Of a stretch of DNA of 64,000 nt, positions 1-11,363 are shown one piece after another. The notes beneath the pieces were generated by a model that made no database searches, was not told the origin of the DNA, and saw nothing but the letters and a program-made list of their open reading frames with translations. Each line of letters begins with the position of its first letter. The first letter of the stretch is position 1. The translations under genes were made by a program, and so were the position numbers. The DNA is from Chlorokybus atmophyticus (lineage: Eukaryota; Plantae; Mesostigma and Chlorokybus algae): NCBI GenBank assembly GCA_009103225.1, contig RHPI01002533.1, positions 84,123 through 148,122 of the forward strand, in the 5' to 3' direction.

Positions 1-545
1 GAGGGTTTACACGCTACTTTATTGCGCACAACCCATTGTTCCTCAATAAAATTGTGCGTTGCACCAGTGTCAATCAAGAACGAACTGGTTATTCCCTGCA
101 TTGTGCCACTAAATGTCCACAACAGAGGCACAACCCGTCCTTGAAATGTAGCCAAGAGTCCGTGACTAATGCGAGGGTTGAGTAAAATTGCTGACAATCG
201 CACTGTCCCTGTTTCACGCTTGCTAAATTGCTTTAACACAGTTCCCCCTCGAGTATGTTTCAACCATGGGCCATGATACTTAGGCACCATTATTACCACA
301 CTCAAAGTTCTGTGTTTACTTTGCAACTCAGTCAAAGTGTGCAACACATTGGTAAGCATGTTAAATTCCACATATACCAACACACAAGCATTCTCTTCCA
401 CTTTTGCAACGTCAAAAAGTGGCAACTTGCTATGTGTTTGCCATGCGTGTGTCATTACAAGCACTTGGGACAGCTCATCAAACCAGTTTGCTAATAACAC
501 AAGCAACTGGCCATCAACCACTTTTACATCAGTCACGACGTAATC
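1..545 (-). CDS. pol: pol N-terminal region with aspartic protease (open frame running off the window edge; not in ORF track)
   Basis: Manual translation gives 181 codons with no stop from 545 to 3, in the same frame as gag. It contains FLIDTGATHNFIEEQWV (D-T-G at 71-63). Confidence 0.88.
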
Positions 546-2021
546 CTATTCAACCTTCTTGGCCTTGCCCTTCCCCTTGGTTGGGCAGTTCTTTGCAATG
601 TGGCCAGGCTGATGACAGACGTAACAGGTGCGAGCCGCAGCAGGCGTAGCACCACCAGCAGGTGTGGCACTAGTAGAAGGACCATATGTCTTCGCCTTCT
701 TTGCCAAGTGTGCACTCGGATGAGGGAAACGCTTCCCTCCCACCCCTGGCGGTTTGGCCGAAACTGCCACATGTGACTTGTCCTGCACCGCCGTGTCATC
801 GTTGTATAGGTACACGCTCAGCTTCTGCAACTTGGCCAAGTCCTCGGGAACCCAAGGCAGTCCCGTTGCCGTGTTGTACTGCAGTTGATCACGCACACGC
901 GCATCCAAGCCGCGCTTGTACAACTCAAACTGCTCGGCCTTGTCAATAGGCATGAGGCCGCTGTTGGCACGACCCACCAATGCCTGGAATTCTTGCAGAT
1001 AGGCTGAAGCCGCCCGACCATTCTGTCGCAACTTGCTGAGCTTGTTACGAGCCTGAGTAGCCGGGTCCATGCCACCATAGCGTTCCGTCAGGAACTGAAA
1101 CAGTGCCTCCACTGTTTTGGTAGCACCGTCCTGTGTCTGCCTCGCCCACTCGGCGAGAGCGTCAGAAGGCATGAGCAACTCAGCAACAGCAATGTGTTCA
1201 CCAACGGGGCGTCTCAATGCTGTTAAATAGTGCTCAACAGTTACCACCCAGTCGTGGATACTGACGCTGCCGTTGGGCTTGAACTTCTCAGGCTTATTCA
1301 GTGCTGTAACCGGCAGCCCCGCTGATGCTCCAGCTGCTGAAGTAGCACCCGCCACCTGTTGGCGCAGCGCCACCAACTCAGCCTGCATAGCATCGAGGCG
1401 TGCCGTCAACTGCACTCGGCCAGTCAACTTGTCTTCCAAGTTAGGTCCCAAGTACCAGAACACGTCCTTGCAACGCTGTGAGGTTTCCACTCCCAAGTTG
1501 GCCAAAGCCTCAAACGCCATTCGCTTGCCTTGGTAAGGGGGAGGCTTATCGTAAACAGCCATCAGAGCAGCCACCTTCGGATCACCGCGCACGAGTGGCG
1601 GAACATTGTTCGTCAGCTCGTGCTCGAGCATGCGGATCACCATCTCCTTGCTTGCGCGAGGAAGTGTGACAAAGTCCGTCTCATAGCCATCACGAACCTT
1701 CTGAGCCCATGCATCCCATGTTTCCTTGCCAAGCTGTGGGTTGGCATCAAGCAGAGCCTTGCGCTCCTGGGCATACTTCTCAATTGCCCCGCCAATGACA
1801 CTCTGAGAGTCAACTGCAGGTGGTGCCATTTCAGCGTTTACTGCAACTGGTACACTCTGAGCAGACTGGTCGGGAGAAGCATCGCTCTCTTGCTTGTCTC
1901 CCTCCTTCTCACTGACGGTCAGCTGATAGCTCTCACTCGTGTCAGAGTAATTCACTTCCTCTTCACTTGATGGCTCATATGATGTGGACTTCTCCACATC
2001 GTCCCCTCCTTGGTCAGACAT
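546..2021 (-). CDS. gag: Gag polyprotein with C-terminal zinc knuckle
   Basis: ORF 546..2075 with first ATG at 2021. It has a retrotransposon-gag-like core (ARNKLSKLRQNGRAASAYLQEFQALV), the knuckle CYVCHQPGHIAKNC and a basic tail, and ends at TAG 546-548. Confidence 0.9.
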   Translation of the reverse strand: MSDQGGDDVEKSTSYEPSSEEEVNYSDTSESYQLTVSEKEGDKQESDASPDQSAQSVPVAVNAEMAPPAVDSQSVIGGAIEKYAQERKALLDANPQLGKETWDAWAQKVRDGYETDFVTLPRASKEMVIRMLEHELTNNVPPLVRGDPKVAALMAVYDKPPPYQGKRMAFEALANLGVETSQRCKDVFWYLGPNLEDKLTGRVQLTARLDAMQAELVALRQQVAGATSAAGASAGLPVTALNKPEKFKPNGSVSIHDWVVTVEHYLTALRRPVGEHIAVAELLMPSDALAEWARQTQDGATKTVEALFQFLTERYGGMDPATQARNKLSKLRQNGRAASAYLQEFQALVGRANSGLMPIDKAEQFELYKRGLDARVRDQLQYNTATGLPWVPEDLAKLQKLSVYLYNDDTAVQDKSHVAVSAKPPGVGGKRFPHPSAHLAKKAKTYGPSTSATPAGGATPAAARTCYVCHQPGHIAKNCPTKGKGKAKKVE

Positions 2022-2832
2022 CTGCCCAAGAATATAAGCCGTCAATAGTTGAAGTTTGCAAGTGCACAAACACACGAGTTGTGCACTGCAAAAGTGTCAA
2101 AATCACTTGATTTTGTCTCGTCAAGTTTCAAGTGTGTAACGTGGAGTATACAGCTCAAACAAGAGCTCCCCACACACTTCTCAACTAGACACTTGCTTAG
2201 AAACAAACCGCACGCGAATTCACGCGGCGGTTCACAAGTTACAGCTTGTCAAAGTTTGCACTTTGTACAACTCAACTCAACCCACAATTGTAATTGACAC
2301 ACAGGGTGCCAAAATCTCGTTGAATCAACCCTACAGGGTGATATCAGCGAGTTGTGAGTTGTGAGTCTGATACTGGCCGCACAGAATGACTCTGGCGGCC
2401 TCACCGCACTGACTGGCGGTAACGACAGCCGATGTTGCCACCGGACTGTCTCACAAGGGGGGTCAAACCCTTTACACCACCACGAATCCACGTGGTGGCC
2501 AGCACAAGCACACACAAGTGGTTATATATATATAAATCACTATGTGATGTGCTGGGCATGCAATACTGAGGGGGAAGGCTGCCTGAGTGGCCGCCTCCCC
2601 TACACGCAAGCTAACAAGCTCGGCTAGGCTAGGGCAGGGCAAGCTAGGCTATGCAAGGCAAGGCAAGGCAGGGCTAGGTAACTAGCCTACACCAGCAACA
2701 GCGTTTCAATAATAACAACAACAACAACAACTACCACCTAATAACTACCACTAGTTGCCGCCGCTGCAGTCGCCTGCCGCCTGCCGCCGCCGTCGCCTGC
2801 CGCCTGCCGCCGCCCCTTCCACAGGCTCTTCA

Positions 2833-2851
2833 CGCCCGTGCTCCGATACCA
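2833..2851 (-). promoter_or_regulatory. Primer-binding site (initiator tRNA-Met type)
   Basis: Minus strand TGGTATCGGAGCACGG lies 1 nt from the LTR end. It differs by one base in the first 12 from the canonical plant PBS TGGTATCAGAGC. Confidence 0.8.
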
Positions 2852-2852
2852 A

Positions 2853-3198
2853 TGTAAAGAGACTAGAGGGGGTGTGCCCCCTCCTCCCTTTAATCCCCTA
2901 CCCCAACACCACCACCAGCCACGACGCCACCGCCGCCGCCGCCAGGGGAATCCGCCGGAGCAGAAGATCCCCTGGCTATGGCGGCCGCTGCGTTAGCAGC
3001 GCCGCCATAAGGCTGATATCGACATGAGACTCATGTCTCATGTCGATATCAGTGTTTCAATTAAGTAACACTACATTAGGGCCTTAACACTAGGTTAACG
3101 GCCCTAATATGGCTTAATAGACTGTATAATCCCGTTGGGACCCTTATTTAATCCTAAATAAGGGCGGGGAACCTCTATGGAGGTAGCACACCGTTACA
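2853..3198 (-). repeat. 5' LTR of family A (346 bp)
   Basis: TG...CA termini with a short TGTAA/TTACA inverted repeat and an adjacent PBS. Homology with the copy at 60288-60770 stops exactly at these ends. Confidence 0.88.
3013..3052. repeat. Perfect 18-bp inverted repeat with 4-nt loop inside the LTR
   Basis: CTGATATCGACATGAGAC-TCAT-GTCTCATGTCGATATCAG. A degenerate copy lies at ~60438-60476. Confidence 0.95.
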
Positions 3199-3647
3199 CA
3201 TATTGCCTTGTGTAGAGTTGACTCTGTATGTCATTGAACAGGGGAACTTGTTCAAAAAGTGGTAGGCGACTATTTCAAAGTCAACGTTAAAGCTATACTT
3301 GCGTAAAATCGCTGCACCACAATCAATTAGTACTGGTTCAATAACCATCCAGTCTACGGCAGCTGCAAGCTTGCATGTTCAGCCCCAAAGCTCTTAAGGT
3401 GGTAGTAGCAACTCGGTGGGGATCACAAGTTGACTCTATTGTACGCCCATTGCAAGTTGAAGGCGACATGAGAACCCTCTACCTTTTGCAGCGTCGTGAA
3501 CTTGTGTAGTCCGTGGGTCTACTTGTGATGCACGCCAAAAAGCTACAGCCGTCGTGGATCTTGTAAGCAAATAAGGGCTGTAGACAGCATTGAGACGTGT
3601 GGCACAACACCTCATAATCACGCCTCTCCAAGTGGTCATCGGTAGCC

Positions 3648-3886
3648 TTGAAGCTGAACAAGCCCGCTGAGATAACATGTTTGAGAAGTACGGCATACGG
3701 TACAAGCATTTTTGTAAGATTGGCAGTGAGGACGCAGTGGAGGACAACGATACTTGCGTTAAGAACAAGAAGTTCAGTGACCGTCTCCTTAAGAGCCTTG
3801 AGAAGCGCTGGTCAAAGATGGGGCAGTCCATATTTGTGCTCGCTTATGTACTTAACTCTGCAAGGCAAACCCAGCAAGTACCCTGA
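3648..3886 (+). pseudogene. hAT-like transposase remnant
   Basis: LEKRWSKMGQSIFVLAYVLNS resembles the RW...LAyvLnP segment of hAT transposases. Short and isolated. Confidence 0.45.
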
Positions 3887-3945
3887 ACGTAGCAAAGCCT
3901 TTTCTTTTTTACATCAACCTATAGCTAATTAGCGTTGATGGCTGA

Positions 3946-4524
3946 TAGGGCTGGGGCTAAACTTAACTTTGAACATAATCGACTAAACATAGAACAAGAA
4001 CCTGAACAATATTATTAAATTGAAGTAAATATAACCTTATGTTGTACTTGCAGAATAAAACAAGTGACATTCATGAGTGACAGCGATTGAACCATCAATA
4101 ATGAACATCAATACGAACAAAATCTTTGATTAAACGTAGATAAAATCTATGGAAAAAACGCATACATTTATCAATCGACTATATGCAATCGACTATGTGC
4201 ATCATGCAACATGAAGCATTGCATCCTTAATGGCATGCAATTTGCTACATAACATGTATGTGAAAGCGTGAATTGAACATTGATATGACGTCGAGTCATG
4301 CTGCTTCACATGGTACGCAAAGCCACGCAACAATACAGCATGACTATGCATAATATTACGTAACTACAAAGGGTTCGTTCCCTATATGCGCCATGCATAG
4401 AGAACGAATACGGAGCATTCTTTCAACCCTTATTTTGTGCTAATTTTCAACCATTGATGTCGGAACAAAGAACTTTTTTTGCTCGTTCTTTGTAATAAAA
4501 CATAATTGTTATGTCGCAGCCCTA
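3946..4524. mobile_element. Putative non-autonomous hAT-like element
   Basis: Ends TAGGGCTG (3946-3953) and CAGCCCTA (4517-4524) with internal repeated AATCGACTA motifs. No 8-bp TSD is recognisable. Confidence 0.4.
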
Positions 4525-6571
4525 CTTGTTTAACATGCCTTTTTATACGGAAGCAGCCAGCATTACATATAAGCCAGTAAAGTAGCCCTATGTGATGTTT
4601 GCAGAACACCAGTAACCATTGCCCATTGCACTCAGCTCATCAAAAGCTGCACAATAAGCCTATTTGCATTATAAACAAAGCACAAATAGCCAATAAACAT
4701 GTGTTAACGTTAACCATCAATACGTTAATCACGAATAAGGTAAATTGTGTTGATGCCCATCACTATATGTGAGCAAATGGGGAGGGGCATCATTCATGTG
4801 CAAATGATAAAGTTTAACAAACATATTAAACTTGACAAGCAAGAAATGTAATCACATATCATATACATATAGTATAATAATTTATATATGTGTGTAGTGA
4901 TGTTACGGCCGCTATTACAAATGAATACTTCATTATTAAATTACCAAAGCAAAAGCTGAAGAGGAATTTTGTTTCAAAGCGTTTACATGCTTCTTTACTA
5001 TGGCAGACTCATTCGCGCAACGTTGCAAATTAAAGTTGGACCCATTTTTCATTTAGATTTTATTGATATTGTTATTGATACGGATAGATTATAGATTTGA
5101 TTTATATTTGTTTACTTCATTACTTTACGTGCAATGTACTCATGCATTGATACTTACAAAAGTTGCATATATTCGAGTTAGGTATGCTAACGCAACGTGA
5201 ACATTTCAAGTGTAATATGTGCATACAAATGCAAACAAATGTAATGTAATCGTATTGTAATGTGCTTATCGTATCTACAACATCATACTGCAGCTGTAAA
5301 TTAGCGGTATGCTAATATTATTGTCGACCGGTGTTTTTAAAACGCTAAGTTATTTGGCTTTTAAGTTCATTCAGTTTGCATTATAAAACTTACAAGCTAT
5401 CATCTTTATGGATGTAAACATAAGATTTAACTGTATCGCTGTTAAAAATGTAACATGTGCATAAAGTGTACAATTGAGATTGTACTAAATTGATTTGATC
5501 TGTAGTTGTTAACGGGAACTCACCATTGTGCCACAGTGGAGGTGAGTTATACCAAATATGTACTCAAGGGCTTGGTAAGCGCGTTGAGTATGTTAGGTTA
5601 TACTGTACCAGTTATGAGTTTATATCACACATAGAAAATATGGATATCAAGGTGCACTACAGTGATTTGTGAAGATGAGGCAACAAGTGAAGGTCAAGTT
5701 TCATTTTAATGTAAGCTCTGATAGCAGGTTCAAAGCAAAACAAATGCAAGTTGTAATCCCTTTGTGATTTCATGCTTGGAAGTTTGACACCTTAATTTAT
5801 ACTCTTCAATCTCATACAATTATCCTGCTAGGTACCATACAATTACATAAGCAAGTAACTAGAAATATCAAGTGAAGCTACTTTACTTCAACATAAAAAA
5901 AAGGCTTTTATCTTATATAAACATCCAACTCAATCATTGAGCTTTACTGCACCTTATTGTAAGAAAATTTTATATGCTTCACAACATCTTGTATTATACT
6001 CACCATGCAATATGACTCAACCTATGTATATTATGTGCATAGAGTCAATGCATTGTTTCTGCCTATGTAGCTGTCATACATTATTATGACGAGTGTTAAG
6101 ATTACTGTTTTCCTCATTATGTGACAAAAGTTACTATGCAAACATGCGTGTCTTGCATTTTGTGCACACTTGCACAACTTGTAATCAACCGTTGGCAATT
6201 TACTACTTCAACCCACAATTTCATTCAAGTCATGATAATGCTAAATTTTGAGTTCAGGTAACCAGCAACTTGAGACTAAGTAACCAATAACCTACCACGA
6301 GCTATGCCGTATGTTGATGGAACTAAGTTCTGACATGGCACCATGCTGCTGTATTTAGACCACGCATGGACAATGCAATCCGCCAATAATTCATGTGCCA
6401 AACCAATACAGGCCTGAGCATCAACCAAGGCTCACACAGGTACATGATGAGCCCGCAGTGTGTCCACAACACCCATTGCATCGTCGTAGCGAGTCACTAA
6501 GGAACGATGACATGGCATGACCAATGCTGCAATGTAGTTCAGTAAGGAACGACCGGTATACTTGTACAAGC

Positions 6572-9384
6572 TCATTGCCAGTGCGCTAAAAGCCTCCCTA
6601 CCAGCTGGTCTGCTTGTTTCCCAGCATCCGAGTGCAACTCAGCCAGCGAATGGAGTGTGCCCAACACGTCCTGCTTCACATGTGCCGGTAGGACTTCAGG
6701 CTGCATGTCGCAAAGCTGAGCAAACCATGGCAATATGCTCTCTACAAAGCTGCTCTGCCGCGTGAGTTGCACAAGTGCCGTCACGATCTCGACCGCGACG
6801 TCGATGGAAAGCTGGTGCAAGATTGGACCGGTCCGCCCGATCAACCTCACCAACTGAAAATCGTCTTTGGTTTCCGCAACAATCGTGTACGCCTCATTTA
6901 ACCTTGAAGCCGCTAGGTGCTCCATGATGTCGCTCCAGCTGTGAGAGCTCGCTGGAGCTGGCGTTGAGCGTGTTGTGACACTGCCCTTTATGATAGTGCT
7001 GGCACTAGTGGGTGGCGTGGGCGGGAATTGCCCGACCCATGAGCGCCGCAACCCCGGCCTTGTTGGCTTGTTGCACTCAACCTCATAGGGCGCTGATGTA
7101 GAAGGAAGGGCAGCATCATTCTCACTGTATCTGCGTGAGTGTTGGAGCGGGCGTTCATCGAATGAAATGTCCAGGCTCGCGCTGAGTGGAGAAGAGTAAG
7201 AGCTGCGTTGCGACCGCGCAGACTGCAATCCTGCAACTGTCGTTTCCAAGCGCGATACTCGATCTGTCAATGCTGCCATAGCCGGTGGCAAGTCCGACAG
7301 CATCTTTATCATCCGTTGTTGCTGCTCCTCAATGTGCTCGAGGCGCTCATGTAAAAGTGCATCACCATTACCTGCCACCGCAGCAGCATGCATTGGTGTG
7401 GAAAGTTCCCCAGCATTGTGTATGGACCCTTGCGAGCTGTCAGGTGTGTGCTGCTCGGGTAGGTCATGACCTTCAGAGGCCTCATATCTGCTGAACTGTT
7501 CAACACCTGAAAAACGGGCATGAGACTCGGGGGTGGAAGGCGAACCATTGCTCAGAGGTGCTGCTGCTTCTTCTGCTGAGGCAAAGCTCGAGGACGAAGT
7601 CTCCGCTTGCAGCCTGCCATGCTCTTGTGCATCCCCGTCCTGTGCATGCTCTGATTCTGAACGTGCATCAGACCGTGGGCTGGAAGGGAGCAAAACCTCA
7701 ACATGCTCGGTGGGTGATGAGGGCGACTGCGCCCAAGACTGAAAGAAGTTGGTGTTCTTTTGCTGAAGGCGCAAGTTGCTTGACCTCGAAGACTTCTCTG
7801 TCGCCAACTCCTGGGCTGCACAGAAGCATAAGCCTGAGATTTGCTTGTGTGTGCAGAGACCTGTCTTTCGACATGGTGTCCTTCAGAATGTTCTCAATCC
7901 ACATACCATCATTATTCCGCAACGGGCTGCCTTCCACTCCCCTAACAACTGGATGTGCCTCAGCAACAGCATCTCTGACTGGTTTGACCTATGAACAACA
8001 AGGGCACAATCAGTTTGTGTGGGACGACACTGGATGCAGCGCTGTTGTGTGCCAGTTGCAAGCACCTTGTCAAAGCGGCAGAGTTCAAGCGCATCTAGCA
8101 CTTCTTGCCAGTGCGGTCCAAAACGAGCGCCATTGGTTTTGGCAATCGCACTGAGCGCTTCGACCGCTGCCTTGCGCACGTTCCAGTCAGCATGCTTCGC
8201 TTTCTCCGCTAGCACGGGTACGAACTGGCCAATGAATGGCGTAAGAGAGTCTCTGCACTTCTGGGTACGCAGCATATGCTACAGTCAGTCATGGAAGCGC
8301 ATATCATGGGCTCACTGCCGGCCTCACATTGTACATTTGGTAGCGTACTAAATGTTAAAAGACCTCACAATGACAACATTCCCTCTTACCATTACTAGCT
8401 TATCGTCAAAATAACCATCATGTTGAATTGGTGAGGCAACATACCTCTGCAAGGCATTGAACGGCTTGCAGCAGCTGTGCTTCCGCTTGAAAAATTGCAC
8501 TATGAAGCAATCTGACCATCCGCTGGCAGATCTTGGATAGACTCCCATCGTAAGAGCACTGTGAATGGGAGATGACAGCAGCCAGGGAGCTGGCCGCCGC
8601 AATCTGCACTTCCTTGTTCTGTTCACTAAGCGCCTCAAATAGAGGCCTGTAGAACACAACGGATGCAGCCATTGAGGACGTATCCCTGGGGCCGCTGTAT
8701 TGCATGATGCTGCCGAGCGCCTCTGCGCACGCAGCGCGCACAGCAGCATCAGGATCCTTGAAGCGCTTGACTATGCTGGTTACAATCTTTGACGTGTGGG
8801 AAGTTATACCCTGCCCATGTACACGAGCAATCTCGCTGTACAGCAAGATGACTTCGCGCCTTGCTGGAGGTTTTTGTGTGCTGTCCACCTCGTACAAGCA
8901 ACTGCGCAAGATACAATACCTCGCTGACAACCATGCTGACAATCGACTCACCAATAGCGTTATCAACTTCAATAGATATTGGCATATACTGCAAGTACAC
9001 AGTAGGCAACAGCAGTGCACTTACCTAAGCACATTTGGCATGGTGTCCGCACCAGCAGCTTCAATAATGTCACGCAGTTCACCAGCAGCAGAGCGTTTTG
9101 TATCCCGATCATTTAATCGGGTCAGTGCCTACACAAGAAGTCTTTGTTTCAACATGGAGCAACGAAAACCACATTGCAGAGCAGTGAGAAGCCCTCATCA
9201 CCTGCAGAACTCTATTCTTGAGGTCAACCACAGCAGCATTGGCGAGCACCCGATTCCCACTGTTGACACTTTTTGTACGTTGCAGACCGGGTGCACTGAC
9301 CGCGCGCAGCGTATGTGGCTTGTGTCCATTTGCACCAGCTTCAGCCATGGCACCGAAATCAAACCGCTGGTCACCACTGACCAT
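6572..9384 (-). CDS. TOR1: TORTIFOLIA1/SPIRAL2-like microtubule-associated HEAT-repeat protein (multi-exon)
   Basis: Exons encode LKNRVLQ/ALTRLNDRDT, KIVTSIVKRFKDPDAAVRAACAEALG, DWNVRKAAVEAL..LELCRFDK and a C-terminal DDFQLVRLIGRTGP..ILPWFAQL domain, matching the TOR1/SPR2 layout. GT-AG introns. The start codon is uncertain. Confidence 0.85.
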
Positions 9385-11363
9385 TGCTGCTAGCAACAAC
9401 AGGCTGTACCAGCCTGCCAACTGCAGTGATTGCAGCATGAGTGCAACGCTTGCAGCTCCCACACAGGCATACAAGCTGACCAACACCATGCAGCAAACGC
9501 CCTGAAGACCCACCAGTAGTACCTCATGCTAGAATCTGTGTTGATGGGCTGCAGTCTCCGCCAAAGGCTATCTCTAAGTCTTCAGCACTCCAGGTCATCT
9601 GTAGTCATAACCTTGAACCCAGATGCCACGGGCACTCCATGGCAAGCGGCCCACGAGCCATGCGGGCAATGCTGCCATGCACAAGGCCTGTGGCATGAAA
9701 GGAACATATCAGAGATGCATGCGGAAAAGCAATGCTTCTGCTACGTTGTTGGCTGGAAAACCCGCTGCTAAAGCCGAACCCGAGTTGTTAACTGAAACAG
9801 CGGCTCATGTGTGAATTTGGCCTAACCGCATGTCAGAGTTTACAATGCGAACCCTGTCGTCCGGGACTAGCTGACTATACTGCGGACTTGTGAGGGACAT
9901 ACAAGATGCGCGAGCTCAACTGATCAAAACGTCATGCACGAGCTGAGACGAGAAGCCGCCACAATGTACAAGAAAGAGCATCAAGGTTTGACCAATGCCT
10001 AGCACGAGACAGCAAGACACTTAGAACAACGGGTGTTTACTTTGCAGGGGTAGCTACTTTGCACACGGCTAACATACACGCAAGTTGTAGCACATCGGGC
10101 GTGCATTGTGTCGCCCATACGTCCCATCACAGCTCGTGTATCAGAGGTTTCTCGTTCACAGTTGCAAACGTCGTATGCTACGTGCACACGTGCGCTCCTC
10201 AGCGGCCTATTTGGGAGCTCCACATGCAATGCAGGTAGTTGTAAAAGGTAGCATAAATGTCATATCAGATGCATGACACTAAACACAATGTGACAATATA
10301 ATAGAATGACAAACAGCCCGCATGGCTAATTCAAGTGGCCATGCGATGCAAATGTTTGTAATTATCTGAGCGCCAATGCAAGGCACGCAAGTAGCAGAGT
10401 TACAGCCAGCAAGACTGCGCCTGGCACAGCAGGCTTGACCCAAACACGTCAGCTCTGTCCAGCTGTGACGAAAGAAGACTGTTCTGCCTCTGGATCAAGG
10501 CTCACCACACCGTTTCTTCCACCCTTGCGTGCTCCTCGTCAGCCCGGCCGCCGCCACCGCCGCTGCCGCTGGCGTTAGCAACGCAAAGCATTGAACCGCT
10601 TAGACGGTTAGCCCCAAACCCTAATTTCCGCCCAGGTGGCACCAACCTCGCCGATATCGACGCTGACGCCGTCATCATGAACAGCGCCATACTGGCTGCT
10701 TTACAACTGTAACCGCTACCCGCTGATTACGCCACCTGCCGCGGACGGATCCCTGTATCTCGAGGACTCCGCCGTGGATATCTGAGATATGATATCTCGC
10801 AACTGGCGAGTCGCGGCACGCTGACGTTAGTGACGTAACCGAATGACAGGGAACCGTCCGAAAAGACGCACGAGTCACCCGTAATTTGAAATCCGTTTCA
10901 CTAGAAGGCGCCGATTGGTCAGCTATTGTCACACTATTTTTCCCGCGTAATCAGCCTGCTGACCTCGTGACGCAGGCCACCGTGTCCTGTGCGATACGCT
11001 ATCGTCATCCCCGATCGCCAGAGGTGTTCTCTCACCCGTGCGCATGTGGGCGACGGAGTAGCTACGGAGCCGCGTGCTGTTAGGGTTGACGTCGGCGGCG
11101 GCGGCGGCGGGGTCAGTGGTACGGTGGGTAGCAGTAATAAGGCTGGCGGTGAGGGTTGCTGCTATCTGTAGGCTGGTCCGGGCGAAGCTGTAAGTAGCAG
11201 CTGCTAGTAATTGATCGGCTGGTCAAAGCGGAGGCTTGCTGTGCACGGGGTCTAGCGGGCAATAAGGTCGGCGGGGGGGGTGGGCGGCGCCTACAACTGT
11301 CTGTGTGAGGTCAGGGCTTTCAACCTGTTGCGTTTACCTGCTGCCGGTCGGTCGTCCACCGCC

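Larger units (their letters stand above)
1..3198 (-). mobile_element. Ty3/Gypsy LTR retrotransposon, family A copy 1 (5' half; continues beyond window start)
   Basis: On the minus strand: LTR with TGTAAC...TTACA termini (3198-2853), PBS TGGTATCGGAGC, ~800-nt leader, gag with CX2CX4HX4C knuckle, then an aspartic protease motif FLIDTGATHNFI. A homologous LTR, leader and gag occur at 58415-60770, where the family RT is Gypsy-type. Confidence 0.92.

Noticed and set aside
8704-9393. Long antisense ORFs over genes and pol (e.g. 8704-9393, 15739-16350, 20574-21645, 50077-50947)
   Set aside because: These are shadows of GC-rich coding sequence on the opposite strand.
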